Of a stretch of DNA of 64,000 bases, positions 39,701 through 48,640 are shown in pieces. Origin of the DNA: Bispira polyomma (Eukaryota); contig OZ287756.1 in NCBI GenBank assembly GCA_965649765.1, positions 558,001 to 622,000 of the forward strand, given 5' to 3'. Each line of letters begins with the position of its first letter. The first letter of the stretch is position 1. The position numbers and the translations under genes are program-made. The notes under the pieces were generated by a model. That model did not search any database and was not told where the DNA came from. It saw only the letters and a list, made by a program, of their open reading frames with translations.

Positions 39701-42700
39701 AGTTGACTGACATCAGACACACTTCACGCTCTATTTACAGTGTGTTTATTTCAGACACCAACCCTTCTAGAGACTATGCAGTACCAGAACTGCTAAACAA
39801 GTCCTCTAGTCTGCTAGTCAATGGAGTGTACAAAGTACAGACTCTAGGTAGGAGAACTAGTGCTCCGAGACACCCTCCTGGGAGCCTGGGTTACCTGCCT
39901 AATATTACAGGTAAGGACACCAGTCTAGTGTACTAGGTAAACCAGCATAATATAACAGGTAAGAGTACCAGTCTAATATTACAGGTAATGATACTGTACC
40001 AATATTACAGGTAGATATACCAACATTAAATCTAGAAATACCAATACTACAGGTAAATATACCGATATTACAGATGCGATATACAATGTGGCCTATAAAT
40101 AGAAGTACTACACTCTGCATCTCATGTAGTAAACCAGTGTTACTCCATGTCTCTTTAAACTAAACCATTTTACCCTACATTTTCCGTGACATTTCAGGCA
40201 CCTACCCCTACCCCGGGTCCATGCACTACGCCAGCTCCACCCTCTCCTCTATCCAGGGGGTCACTGGTAACAATGTGTATGCTGCCCCGGGTAACCTGGA
40301 CCTCATGTGGAGAGATGACCCCCAGCTCATCGAGTTCAATAAAGACCATCTGAAGCTGGTTGAGAAACTGGGGGAAGGCCAGTTTGGAGAGGTGAGAGCA
40401 CTGGAGTTGTGGTTAGAGGTGGGGGCAGTTGGGTTGTGGTTAGAGGTTTGGGCATTTGGGTTGTGGTTAGACGTGGGGGCACTTGGGTTGTGGTTAGGGT
40501 TATAGGTGGGAGCACTGGGGTTGTGGTTAGAGGTGGGGACACTTGGGTTTTGGTTAGTGGTGGGGGCACTTGGGTTTTGGTTAGAGGTGGGAACACTTGG
40601 GTTGTGGTTAAGGTTAGAGGTGAGGGCACTGGGTTGTGGTTAGAGGTGGGAGCACTTGGGTTGTGGTTAGGGTTATAGGTGGGAGCACTGGGGTTGTGGT
40701 TAGAGGTGAGAGCACTGGAGTTGTGGTTAGAGGTGGGGGCTCTTGGGTTGTGGTTAGAGGTGAGAGCACTGGAGTTGTGGTTAGAGGTGGGGGCTCTTGA
40801 GTTGTGGTTAGAGGCGAAAGCACTGGAGTTGTGGTTAGAGGTGGGGACACTTGGGTTGTGGTTAGAGGTGGGGACACTTGGGTTGTGGTTAGAGGTGGGG
40901 GCACTTGGGTTGTGGCTAGAGGTGGGGGCACTTGTGAGTTGTGGCTAGAGGTGAGGGCACTGGGTTGTGATTAGGGTTATAGGTGGGAGCATTGGGGTTG
41001 TGGTTAGGGTTAGAGCACTGGAGTTGTGGTTAGAGGTGGGGGCTCTTGGGTTGTGGTTAGAGGTGAGAGCACTGGAGTTGTGGTTAGAGGTGGGGGCTCT
41101 TGAGTTGTGGTTAGAGGCGAAAGCACTGGAGTTGTGGTTAGAGGTGGGGACACTTGGGTTGTGGTTAGAGGTGGGGACACTTGGGTTGTGGTTAGAGGTG
41201 GGGGCACTTGGGTTGTGGCTAGAGGTGGGGGCACTTGAGTTGTGGTTAGAGGTGGGGACACTTGAGATGTGGTTAGAGGTGGGAGCACTTGGGTTGTGGT
41301 TAGAGGTGGGGGCACTTGGGTTGTGGTTAGAGGTGGGGGCACTTGGGTTTTGGTTAGAGGTGGGAGCACTTGGGTTGTGGTTAGAGGTGGGGACACTTGG
41401 GTTGTGGTTAGAGGTGGGGGCACTTGGGTTTTGGTTAGAGGTGGGGGCACTTGGGTTGTGGTTAGAGGTGGGGGCACTTGGGTTTTGGTTAGAGGTGGGG
41501 ACACTTGGGTTGTGGTTAGAGGTGGGGACACTTGGGTTTTGGTTAGAGGTGGGGGAACTCGGGTTGTGGTTAGAGATGGGGCACTGGGGTTGTGATTAGG
41601 GTTAGAGGTGAGAGCACTGGGGTTAGGGTTAGTTTTTACTGTTGAAGGATATCACTAAAGATTTCTATAGTATAAAACATTGCCATTTTGGCATGTCTAT
41701 GCCAACTTTCCCATGTTTATAACTGGGCCAAAGATCTGAACATAAGTGAGGCATGAGTTTTACCCCCATAACAACAAGTGAATTGAATGTAATGTCATAC
41801 TGTGGGTGTGAGAACATCTACAAATTGTCTCTTTTGAACATGTCTCATTGTTGGTAGTCACATGTTGGAGCCATATGCTCCTTCTTTTAAACTATTTTAG
41901 TAATATTTAACATTCATCTAAAATCCAATTTACCAGAAATTTAGTGGACTTGTCGTGGGGTCATGTGAGTCGGGAATAAATCCATTAAAGTTTGAAGGTA
42001 ATCCTGGAGGTTTTTTTTCCATTTTTCATGACACTCTGGTACATTGGGGGTTGTATGCTCTCTACTCGGTTGTGCATTGGTGGTGGTATGCTCTCTACTG
42101 GGTGCTCTTCTGTGTTTAACACAGTACTTCTATGTAATTGTTCTAAATGCTCCCTTCTTCTCTCAGGTCCACTTGTGTGAGGCCAGTGACGTCACTAATC
42201 TCATAGGTGATGATTTTCTAGTCAACAGGACCGGATCGAGGTCGATGTTGGTCGCTGTCAAAATGCTCAGACCTGATGTGGGAGAGCAGGCCAGGTGGGT
42301 GTGGACATATATATTGTAAACCTTGGTTGAATGAACGCTTTATATTATTCTTGAAAGTGGGTGGGGAAGGGATGAGTTTTTAATACAGGGTGCTATAGTG
42401 TAAACAACTGATACACACAGATATTATAGTACTCAATGTACCAAAATCTGGTACATTCCAATTGTCAGGCTAAACGTTTGTAGCATCACAATTAAGATGC
42501 TTTGCGCCTGAAAATATAAAAATTTGAGTACAAACTTTGAATCTTTGAAATATAAATGACAATAGGGTAATATGAATATAAATTTTGGTGAGAGAGCAGT
42601 GCTCTCAAATCATTTATAATTGCTATGATATAGCAGATGTATACAACTTTTCAAACAGACTCTTCAAAGCCATACCACCATCATTTTTGAAAGGTGTGTG

Positions 42701-44694
42701 GGTATTATATTTTTTTTTTTATTAACATTTTGTGACCAACTGTCATGACTCTGCAACATATACACATATACACTATTCTAATTATCAGACATGATCCCTT
42801 TTGTAATAAACCTTGACATCAATAAGGTTTTAGTTAGGTTTAAGTTAGGTAAAGATTTCCATAGAATGAGTTGAATCCAAATGACCCAATCTATTGCTGT
42901 GTGTTCTCAGGCTGGACTTTCAGAAAGAAGTGAAGATCATGTGCCAGCTGCGGGACCCTAACATTGTACAGGTGCTTGGTGTGTGTAACCGAGACGACTT
43001 CCTGTGTGTAGTGGTCGAGTACATGAAATACGGTGACCTGACCCAATTCTTACAGACCCACTGTCTGGAGGGAATCCCCAACATTACTGACACCATTAAA
43101 CCCCTGAGGTCAGTTATTTATAGAATCATAGATAACAGAGGGAATCCCCAACATTACTGACACTATTAAACCCCTAAGGTGAGTTATTTATAGAATCATA
43201 GACATACAAGAGGGGAATCCCCAACATTACTGACACTATCAAACTCCTGAGGTGAGTTATTTATAGAATCATAGATATACAAGAGGGGAATCCCCAACAT
43301 TACTGACAACATTAGACCTCTGAGGTAAGTCAACAATGGCAGTCTTATATAACTATCCCTTATCTATGTTGTAAATATCTCTATTTAGCTGTGGCTGTCT
43401 TATTTACGTAGGCACTCACATTGATGGTTATCTATATTGTAGCTAGGGCTGTGTTATCTACCTGGCCACTAAGATTGTCTGTTATTTCTGTTGTAGCCAT
43501 GGGTATCTTGTCTATACAATGACTCACTCTGTCTCTTATCTATATATTGTAGCTATGGCTGTCTTATCTACATGGCCACTCAGATTGCCTCTGGTATGAA
43601 GTACCTAGAATCCCTGAATATGGTGCACAGAGACTTGGCCTCCAGGAACTGTCTCGTGGGAAACCTCTACACCATCAAGATCTCTGACTTTGGTATGAGC
43701 CGCAGTCTCTACAGCTCAGATTACTACAGGATCGAGGGCAGAGCTGTGCTACCTATCCGCTGGATGAGTTGGGAGAGTGTGTTACTGGTGAGTGGTCAAA
43801 CCATAGAAATAGATAAGTGTACCCTGTCTAACACTCTACTAGTATCTATAGAAAGTCAGATCTGTCCCACCTATACACCACATGAGTTGGGAGAGTGTGT
43901 TACTGGTGAATGGACAAACCATATAGACATTAGTGTTACCTTTTTACCAAGGAGGCCCGGTATGCTATAATCTGTTCAAAGTAGTGTGAGACCCAAACAT
44001 ACTTAAACTAAACATATATACCCATCCATATACCTTCTCTAGAAACACAAGACATAGCTGCCCGAAATTTAAGTTTCTTCAAGTTCCTTCTTTTGACTCT
44101 AGAATACACAAATCCCACAAATATTTCACCCAATCTTTCAGTTACTATGCATCTACTTTCTGGAACTCTGTCCCCCTTCATATAAGAACTAGTCCTTCAG
44201 TAACATATTTTAGGAAGCCCTTTAAGACTTACCTCTTTAAATCTGTTTTTGGATTATTTACTTGTTTCATTTAGTGCACTGAGTTCCTTTTGCGGGGAAA
44301 ATATTATTGACATAATACTTGACCTAAATCTCTTTCCCTCTTTTTTTTGCAGGGTAAATTCTCCTCAAAGTCAGACGTGTGGAGTTTTGCCGTGACCATG
44401 TGGGAAATCCTGACATTTTGTCGGGAGCAGCCGTACGACAGTCTGACAGACGACCAGGTGATCGAGAACTGCGGTCATTTCTACAGGAAGGATGCGCTAG
44501 AGACGTACCTACTGCAGCCGATGTACTGCCCTAAGGAGATCTATGACCTGATGTGTGAATGCTGGAACCAGGACGAAACCTTTAGGCCCGCATTCAAAGA
44601 GGTGCACATGTTCTTACAGAGGAAGAACATGGGCTACAACCCAAAGGATGAGAAGACTTTCTACAGCCTACAAACTCCAAGCAACTTGGTGTAG
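12579..44694 (+). CDS. Ddr: Discoidin domain receptor tyrosine kinase (DDR family), 13 coding exons, 5'-partial: join(12579..12720,18893..18982,34438..34585,35254..35379,36119..36330,38149..38338,38863..39414,39755..39910,40198..40391,42167..42294,42911..43108,43553..43787,44353..44694)
   Basis: All 12 introns are GT-AG and phases are compatible (2713 nt = 1 carried base + 904 codons including stop). Domain order: discoidin ([24 protein letters not shown]), DS-like domain ([28 protein letters not shown]), TM helix, juxtamembrane region, tyrosine kinase ([43 protein letters not shown]). Confidence 0.95.
14254..14690. repeat. 57-bp tandem repeat, about 7 copies
   Basis: Unit ATTAAGGTGACCTCAGTACAAGACTTGCACTAAGCTCTATATATACCACCAAATCAC. 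Confidence 0.93.
15567..15820. repeat. ~63-bp tandem repeat, 4 copies
   Basis: Unit TACCACACTGTCTGTACC..CCCTTAC..CACACATATCTGGTCTGTCTATATAACTAGTG. Confidence 0.92.
17795..18070. repeat. CA-rich compound microsatellite
   Basis: (CACA)n interspersed with TACAGTCA. Confidence 0.9.
18893..18982 (+). CDS. Ddr: Ddr exon, discoidin domain
   Basis: tttcag| ... |gtaagt; [30 protein letters not shown]. Confidence 0.93.
19820..20105 (+). mobile_element. Degenerate L2/CR1 LINE 3' fragment
   Basis: LH.LP-type and [16 protein letters not shown]-type remnants. Confidence 0.55.
22430..22690 (-). mobile_element. Degenerate L2/CR1 LINE 3' end
   Basis: Minus strand reads [13 protein letters not shown]...FRQKLQ and an AGCGCTATAAAAG-type tail. 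Confidence 0.6.
23715..25172. repeat. 32-bp minisatellite, about 45 copies
   Basis: Unit CACCATGTGTATATAAAGCCATA(A/G)CTTGAGG(C/T). Confidence 0.97.
26435..27390. repeat. 33-bp minisatellite, about 29 copies
   Basis: Unit GACTATAATGTTTACATATTGCCCCAATATAT(A/G). Confidence 0.96.
28156..28370 (+). mobile_element. Terminal fragment of a PIF/Harbinger-like non-autonomous transposon
   Basis: CAG|GGCTCATATTCACTAAC.. with TTAGCC/GGCTTAA subterminal repeats; related ends at 37742, 44759, about 30200 and (minus strand) about 53847. Confidence 0.5.
28831..28902 (+). mobile_element. 5'-truncated copy (3' end) of the same SINE
   Basis: TCCAGC..CCAACTA..GTCCCAATATAACCTACTAAAAGGTACTTGAGTGGACGTTAACTAT matches about 36919..36990. 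Confidence 0.75.
28975..29200. repeat. ~58-bp GT-rich tandem repeat, about 4 copies
   Basis: Unit TGTGAATGTGTGTATAGATGGTTGTGTGT..GTGTGTACATGCCTGT.TACCT.TTTA. Confidence 0.85.
33220..33591 (+). mobile_element. L2/CR1-group LINE 3' end
   Basis: [46 protein letters not shown] followed by an (ATT)n tail. Confidence 0.85.
34438..34585 (+). CDS. Ddr: Ddr exon, discoidin domain C-terminal part
   Basis: ttttcag| ... G|gtaagg; IFDGNSNTY...ARSVRILP...[12 protein letters not shown]. Confidence 0.94.
35254..35379 (+). CDS. Ddr: Ddr exon, DS-like domain start
   Basis: tttttcag| ... G|gtaggt; (D)[41 protein letters not shown]; not in the ORF track. Confidence 0.92.
36119..36330 (+). CDS. Ddr: Ddr exon, DS-like domain
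   Basis: ttgcag| ... AAG|gtagag; (D)GVVGDNNF...GYEWVGW...FQFDSVRNF...RVFRMAK. Confidence 0.92.
36327..37713. repeat. 46-bp minisatellite starting at a Ddr splice donor, interrupted by a SINE
   Basis: Unit CAAG|GTAGAGAGCAATACTGTAATTATAGATATAGTCCTTACACAA. Confidence 0.97.
36747..37003 (+). mobile_element. Full-length tRNA-derived SINE with 13-bp TSD
   Basis: A box TGGCCTAGTGG, B box GTTCGAATCCC, CAAA-type tail; flanked by TACACAACAAGGT at 36734..36746 and 37004..37016. Confidence 0.9.
37742..37800 (+). mobile_element. PIF/Harbinger-like transposon end
   Basis: CAG|GGCCCGTATTCATGAAAGGACTTAGCCAGG; CWG flank; right end not identified. Confidence 0.5.
38149..38338 (+). CDS. Ddr: Ddr exon, DS-like domain end
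   Basis: ttacag| ... G|gtaaga; VYFSIGG...[26 protein letters not shown]. Confidence 0.93.
38372..38695. repeat. Compound ~49-bp tandem repeat
   Basis: Recurrent GTAAGCTGATCCATTAGTTT(A/G)GGTGTA. Confidence 0.85.
38863..39414 (+). CDS. Ddr: Ddr exon, extracellular stalk, transmembrane helix and juxtamembrane region
   Basis: ttgtag| ... G|gtatgt; hydrophobic [25 protein letters not shown] followed by basic stop-transfer RNKRRK. Confidence 0.92.
39755..39910 (+). CDS. Ddr: Ddr exon, cytoplasmic juxtamembrane (YAVP motif)
   Basis: tttcag| ... ACAG|gtaagg; phase 1/1 exon, (D)[13 protein letters not shown]...YLPNIT. Confidence 0.82.
40198..40391 (+). CDS. Ddr: Ddr exon, juxtamembrane to kinase Gly-rich loop
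   Basis: tttcag| ... GAG|gtgaga; [14 protein letters not shown] (DDR-typical) ...[10 protein letters not shown]. Confidence 0.93.
40388..41632. repeat. 27-bp G-rich minisatellite starting at a Ddr splice donor
   Basis: Unit AGAG|GTGGGGGCACTTGGGTTGTGGTT / AGAG|GTGAGAGCACTGGAGTTGTGGTT. Confidence 0.96.
42167..42294 (+). CDS. Ddr: Ddr exon, kinase N-lobe
   Basis: tctcag| ... AG|gtgggt; VHLCEA...[12 protein letters not shown](R). Confidence 0.94.
42911..43108 (+). CDS. Ddr: Ddr exon, kinase alphaC to hinge
   Basis: tctcag| ... AG|gtcagt; [24 protein letters not shown]...[12 protein letters not shown]. Confidence 0.92.
43068..43330. repeat. 70-73-bp tandem repeat spanning a Ddr exon end and donor, 4 copies
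   Basis: GAGGGAATCCCCAACATTACTGACAC.AT.AAA.CCT.AG|GT at 43109, 43179, 43252, 43325. Confidence 0.93.
43375..43590. repeat. ~54-bp degenerate tandem repeat spanning a Ddr acceptor and exon start, 4 copies
   Basis: TTATCTATATTGTAG|CTATGGCTGTCTTATCTACATGGCCACTCAGATTG-like; AG ends at 43388, 43442, 43496, 43552. Confidence 0.85.
43553..43787 (+). CDS. Ddr: Ddr exon, catalytic and activation loops
   Basis: ttgtag| ... CTG|gtgagt; (S)[32 protein letters not shown]...[14 protein letters not shown]...[12 protein letters not shown]. Confidence 0.95.
43985..44290 (+). mobile_element. Degenerate L2/CR1 LINE 3' fragment in the last Ddr intron
   Basis: [15 protein letters not shown]...[10 protein letters not shown] remnant. 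Confidence 0.6.
44353..44694 (+). CDS. Ddr: Ddr last coding exon, kinase C-lobe
   Basis: ttgcag|GGT; [21 protein letters not shown]...[13 protein letters not shown]...RPAF, stop TAG. Confidence 0.95.
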   Translation, partial: GKFSSKSDVWSFAVTMWEILTFCREQPYDSLTDDQVIENCGHFYRKDALETYLLQPMYCPKEIYDLMCECWNQDETFRPAFKEVHMFLQRKNMGYNPKDEKTFYSLQTPSNLV

Positions 44695-45497
44695 TGTGTG
44701 TACACTACTGCAATAGTACAATAGTGTTTGCACCCTACACACTCCCAGTAATGACTGGGGGCCGTATTCTCAAAAAGAAATTAAAAAATTCAGACTTCGC
44801 TCAAGCGAAGGCCGTGTAACTCTTGTATTTGATAATAAACCATAACTGTGACCATGCATTTTAATAGAGCTGTCAGTGCTGAGATCAAATATTCAGTAAT
44901 GTATCTCCGCTCTGGATAAAGATAAGAGAGACTAAGAGAAATACAACAGTGTCGGCTTCAACTCAGTATATATAGACATGGTATATTCTAATCACTGGTG
45001 TAAAAAGAAGCTTTATACATATTCACCAGGTCTCAACTATATATACACAGTATCTTCTTTCTGGGGGGATGATGTGCTTACATGACAATTGTTTTATAAA
45101 TAGCTTCATGGTGGATTTGTGTCCTGCAACATACTCTTGTGCACTGATAATAGTGCGCTCTAATATTTGCCTACATATTATTTTGTGGGCTACGTAAGTA
45201 TTTATAAATAAATAAAATATAATTTTATATATAAATTTCACAGTAACTACATGTATATTCAAGACATGAGAGTATTCCTTTATGAAATCCTATAAAACAG
45301 CACAGATTTGACTGTGCCCAATCAGTTCCATTTGTTGATGTTTTTTATTGTCGAGGAGTTTTTTGTATGGTGATGTTTTTGTACATACACATTGTGAATT
45401 AGAGTGTATGTTTTTGTATGGAGCATTTGTATTGTATTTGTCTGTTTCACATATTGTTCAGTTTTACACAGTCTAGTAAATTGTATCTTCTGGTACA

Positions 45498-45503
45498 AAT
45501 AAA
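45498..45503 (+). promoter_or_regulatory. Candidate Ddr polyadenylation signal
   Basis: AATAAA about 800 nt after the stop, followed by a T/GT-rich tract; further AATAAA near 45207-45216. Position approximate. Confidence 0.4.
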
Positions 45504-45575
45504 TCAATGTGATACACAAACCTCTGATTTTGTCCTTTGTCCTGTTGTTCTCATTTAACCTCGGTCGTAAACATG

Positions 45576-45726
45576 GTGCTGAACTGGCCTAGTGGTTGGA
45601 AGCGTTCTCTTAACAATCTTCGGTCTCTTACCAATATAGGTTCAAATCACATTTATGTGGGAAAGTTTGTAAAATCAGACTGCCATAATGTGACCTAAGC
45701 TGTTGAAAATTCCGTAAGGTCCAAAC
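45576..45726 (+). mobile_element. Degenerate tRNA-derived SINE, related family
   Basis: TGGCCTAGTGGTT A box, GGTTCAAATC B box, TATGTGGGAAAG body motif shared with the 36747 SINE. Confidence 0.6.
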
Positions 45727-45755
45727 TTCTTTGATCTCACCTTCCATGCTATAAA

Positions 45756-45990
45756 GGGGATCCTTGGTGGTGAAGTGTAAACCAGCCTTCCTACCTGTAT
45801 GGTCCTGGTTCGAATCTCGGCTGTGGCTTTAAGTCTAAAAATTGGTAGTTACGTGCTGATGGTCGCTGGTTTTCAGTTTAAAATCTGGACCAACTAGTAT
45901 ACAATGGTTTCCCCCAGCACTCAACCTCCCCATAATGATATGACCTATACAATGCATTAAAAATGATGTTAAGCCCAAATAAAATCAAAC
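45756..45990 (+). mobile_element. tRNA-derived SINE, second family
   Basis: GGTTCGAATCTCGG B box, body GGTAGTTAC..GATGGTCGCTGGTTT, tail ATGACCTATAC..GTTAAGCCCAAATAAAATCAAA; a fragment of the same body is at about 30703..30780. Confidence 0.62.
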
Positions 45991-46199
45991 CAAAACCATT
46001 TGAGGCAGTCATCCAAGACACTATGCATATTCTGGTTCCTGGAAGACCAAAATTAGATCCCTATCAATTTAACGTCAGAATATTTAATTGTTCCTATTTT
46101 ATAATTGATTCAGTTTATATCATATTGATGCGTGTTATACAGCCAGTTTACAAGAAGAGCTTTTAAGTCACTTCAAACTTGACAACGTTTATAGATGTG

Positions 46200-46720
46200 G
46201 TGAAACATTACAACATAACCCCTATCTACAATCACAGTTTTGAATATAAGTTCGAAGATACAAATTTTACTACACTGTCATTAATACATTTGTTTTTTTA
46301 AAATAACTTTTCAATTTAAATGTGCAAAGAGAACATCCAATACTTTACAAAGACTAATGATCATACCTACATTTATTTTATTCCATGATTTTTCAGAGCA
46401 AACATCTAAAATCACTTTCCATATTTATCACAAACGTTCTCAATTTGGACACCAATTTAAATCCATGAATAACTTTTGCCCACAGACTGCTATAACTTAA
46501 GAGCTTATGCTAGAGTACAGTTGACACTGATGATTCGTCCACACTGTCCAATTCCAAAAGCATGCCTTTCTTTAAACGACCAGTTGTGTATCTATCTATT
46601 TCAATAGCAAATGGCAAGACAGCCAAACTTTGTTGTTAAATTTCATTATTATTTTGATCGAAAGTATATAAATATATAAATCAACAATTTAGAGCACATT
46701 GCCCAGCCCCAGAGAGCTTA
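46200..46720 (-). mobile_element. Degenerate non-LTR retrotransposon 3' fragment
   Basis: Minus-strand remnant resembling the LP.AIE..RY motif of LINE ORF2 C-termini; boundaries approximate. Confidence 0.4.
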
Positions 46721-47034
46721 TATGTCACTTTAAAAACATAAGTACGTCTGGGTGTAAATTTTACAAAACACAAAAGAAACAATATTCACTTGTAGTTGGA
46801 TAGCAGAATCAAACAATATAACATACATGTATGCACTATTGTTTGTTCATTAGGCATTGTTTTATTTCTAAATTACAGTTAAGGTTTTTAAAAATGTATT
46901 ACAAACTTTTTCAGACAAAATCTAATTATAATAACGTCTAGTATAATTACCTCTGACAAAGACCTTCCCACTTTTTATTGGATTCTTTTTTTCTAACTAG
47001 GATTACGTACACTGCTAATCAATTAATATTCAAA

Positions 47035-47185
47035 TCTTGCAGTGTCTACAAAACAGTTTGTCTGGTTACTGATGCCTCTAAATTCTTACAGTGTCTACAA
47101 AACAGTCTGTCTGGTTACTGAGTGTCTCTAGATTCTTACAGTGTCTACAAAACAGTCTGTCTGGTTACTGATGCTTCTAGATTGT
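47035..47185. repeat. ~50-bp tandem repeat, 3 copies
   Basis: CAGTGTCTACAAAACAGT(C/T)TGTCTGGTTACTGA. Confidence 0.88.
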
Positions 47186-47406
47186 TGCAATGATTCTAAT
47201 TACCGTATATGACAGCCTGCTTTAATATACTACATACAAATACGATAATACTCGAACTAGTGGCCAATAGTACCAAATGCTGTATTATTAAACATCAATA
47301 GTAGTTGCAATGAGTGTATTTAAAATAATTTAAAGTGATGACGTCATTGAAGGCACATAACAAACACGTATGGTATGTGTCTATGATAGTCTGGATGACC
47401 ACACAT

Positions 47407-47560
47407 GGTCGCTGTGGCCTAGTGGTTAGAGTGTGTAACTTTGAAACAGAGGGTTACAGCTGGAATCCTGGCTGCATGCCTGTACTCTTGGACTTAACTC
47501 AAAGTTCGCCCTCTCCACCTCAGCGTATACATGGTACCAGGCTGTTAATAGGTATATGTG
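47407..47560 (+). mobile_element. Degenerate tRNA-derived SINE
   Basis: GTGGCCTAGTGGTTAGAG A box, degenerate B box, then CTCTCCACCTCAGCGTATACATGGTACC core-like segment. Confidence 0.55.
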
Positions 47561-48189
47561 GCAGTATATTTACTCACCTCAGTGGTACCAGGCTGGTAAT
47601 AGGTGTATGTGGCAGCATATTTACATTTACTCAAGGGGACTGACTTTTGTATATTGTATAGAGTCAGTAATGTGCTGGTGTGCAGTTTGTATTTTCACAC
47701 CTAGACATCATAATGTACCCAGCTAGGATGTGTACGAAGTCTACATGAGGCTGTACTGATAGATCAAGCCTTTTTGAACCTTTCAGAAGTTGACTCCAAG
47801 TTTCCTCTGATTTTGTCTTGGTTTAATACCAGTCTAACAACTTATTTGTTTAGAGTTTACACTTTCTTTATGATCAATTGAAATACTTAAATAAAAAACA
47901 ACGTTTTATTTGATATAAAAATTCAAAATAGAAAAGGTGGTCTTGTTTTTATCTTGGTACTTGATGCTGAATTCAATACGTACATGATATGAATAATGAA
48001 ATGAGATTTTCTGGCAAAGTCCTTGATCAAGGTTATATCTAATACACAGACAATACTAATATAAGTAAACACAGACAACATCCAACCCGAGACTTTCAGG
48101 CTCCTATCTGTCAGATATACTTGGTTAGCCATTTATGTCACCAGAACAGACTTTTTCTACATATAAAACATCGAAAGTTTAGTCAGTTG

Positions 48190-48640
48190 TGTACCGTGTG
48201 GGATCTTGCATCAGTACGACACCTTTTCTTAAAAGACTCCACTGGTTACCAATCAAGTAGCGCATCATTTTTAAGACAAACGTTGCTACATAAAAAGCTG
48301 TAAAGCTATGTCAGCCTCTCTTGCCTCATTGATGTGTTTTAGTTGGTTTACCAGGAGAAACAGAGTTTCAGTCTCTGAGACCAGAATTAATAAATGGATT
48401 GAACCTTATACCTTCTCTGTTGAAGCACCAATCCTATGAAAAAATTTACCAACTAATATACAAACCCTCACTTGCTTTAGAAGTAACCTTAAGACCATCT
48501 CTCCATCCTCGCTTACCCTCTATAGACATCTTTCTCCTCCACATCACACCTGAACACGACTTTCAACAACTTGTCAATGATGTTGCACTTTAGAAAATGC
48601 CTGGCATCAATTAGGCGTTTTACAAATCAATCTTATATCA
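48190..48640 (+). mobile_element. Degenerate L2/CR1 LINE fragment
   Basis: LKRLHWLPIK.RIIFK remnant and AGGCGTTTTACAAAT tail. Confidence 0.55.

Noticed and set aside
40336-41599. Mucin-like (PPLTTTQV)n and (LGLWLEVGA)n ORFs
   Set aside because: Frames of the 27-bp intronic repeat; the kinase continues in the exon at 42167
41596-41632. TTAGGG telomere-like motifs
   Set aside because: Only isolated units derived from the GGTTAGAGG minisatellite; not an interstitial telomeric array
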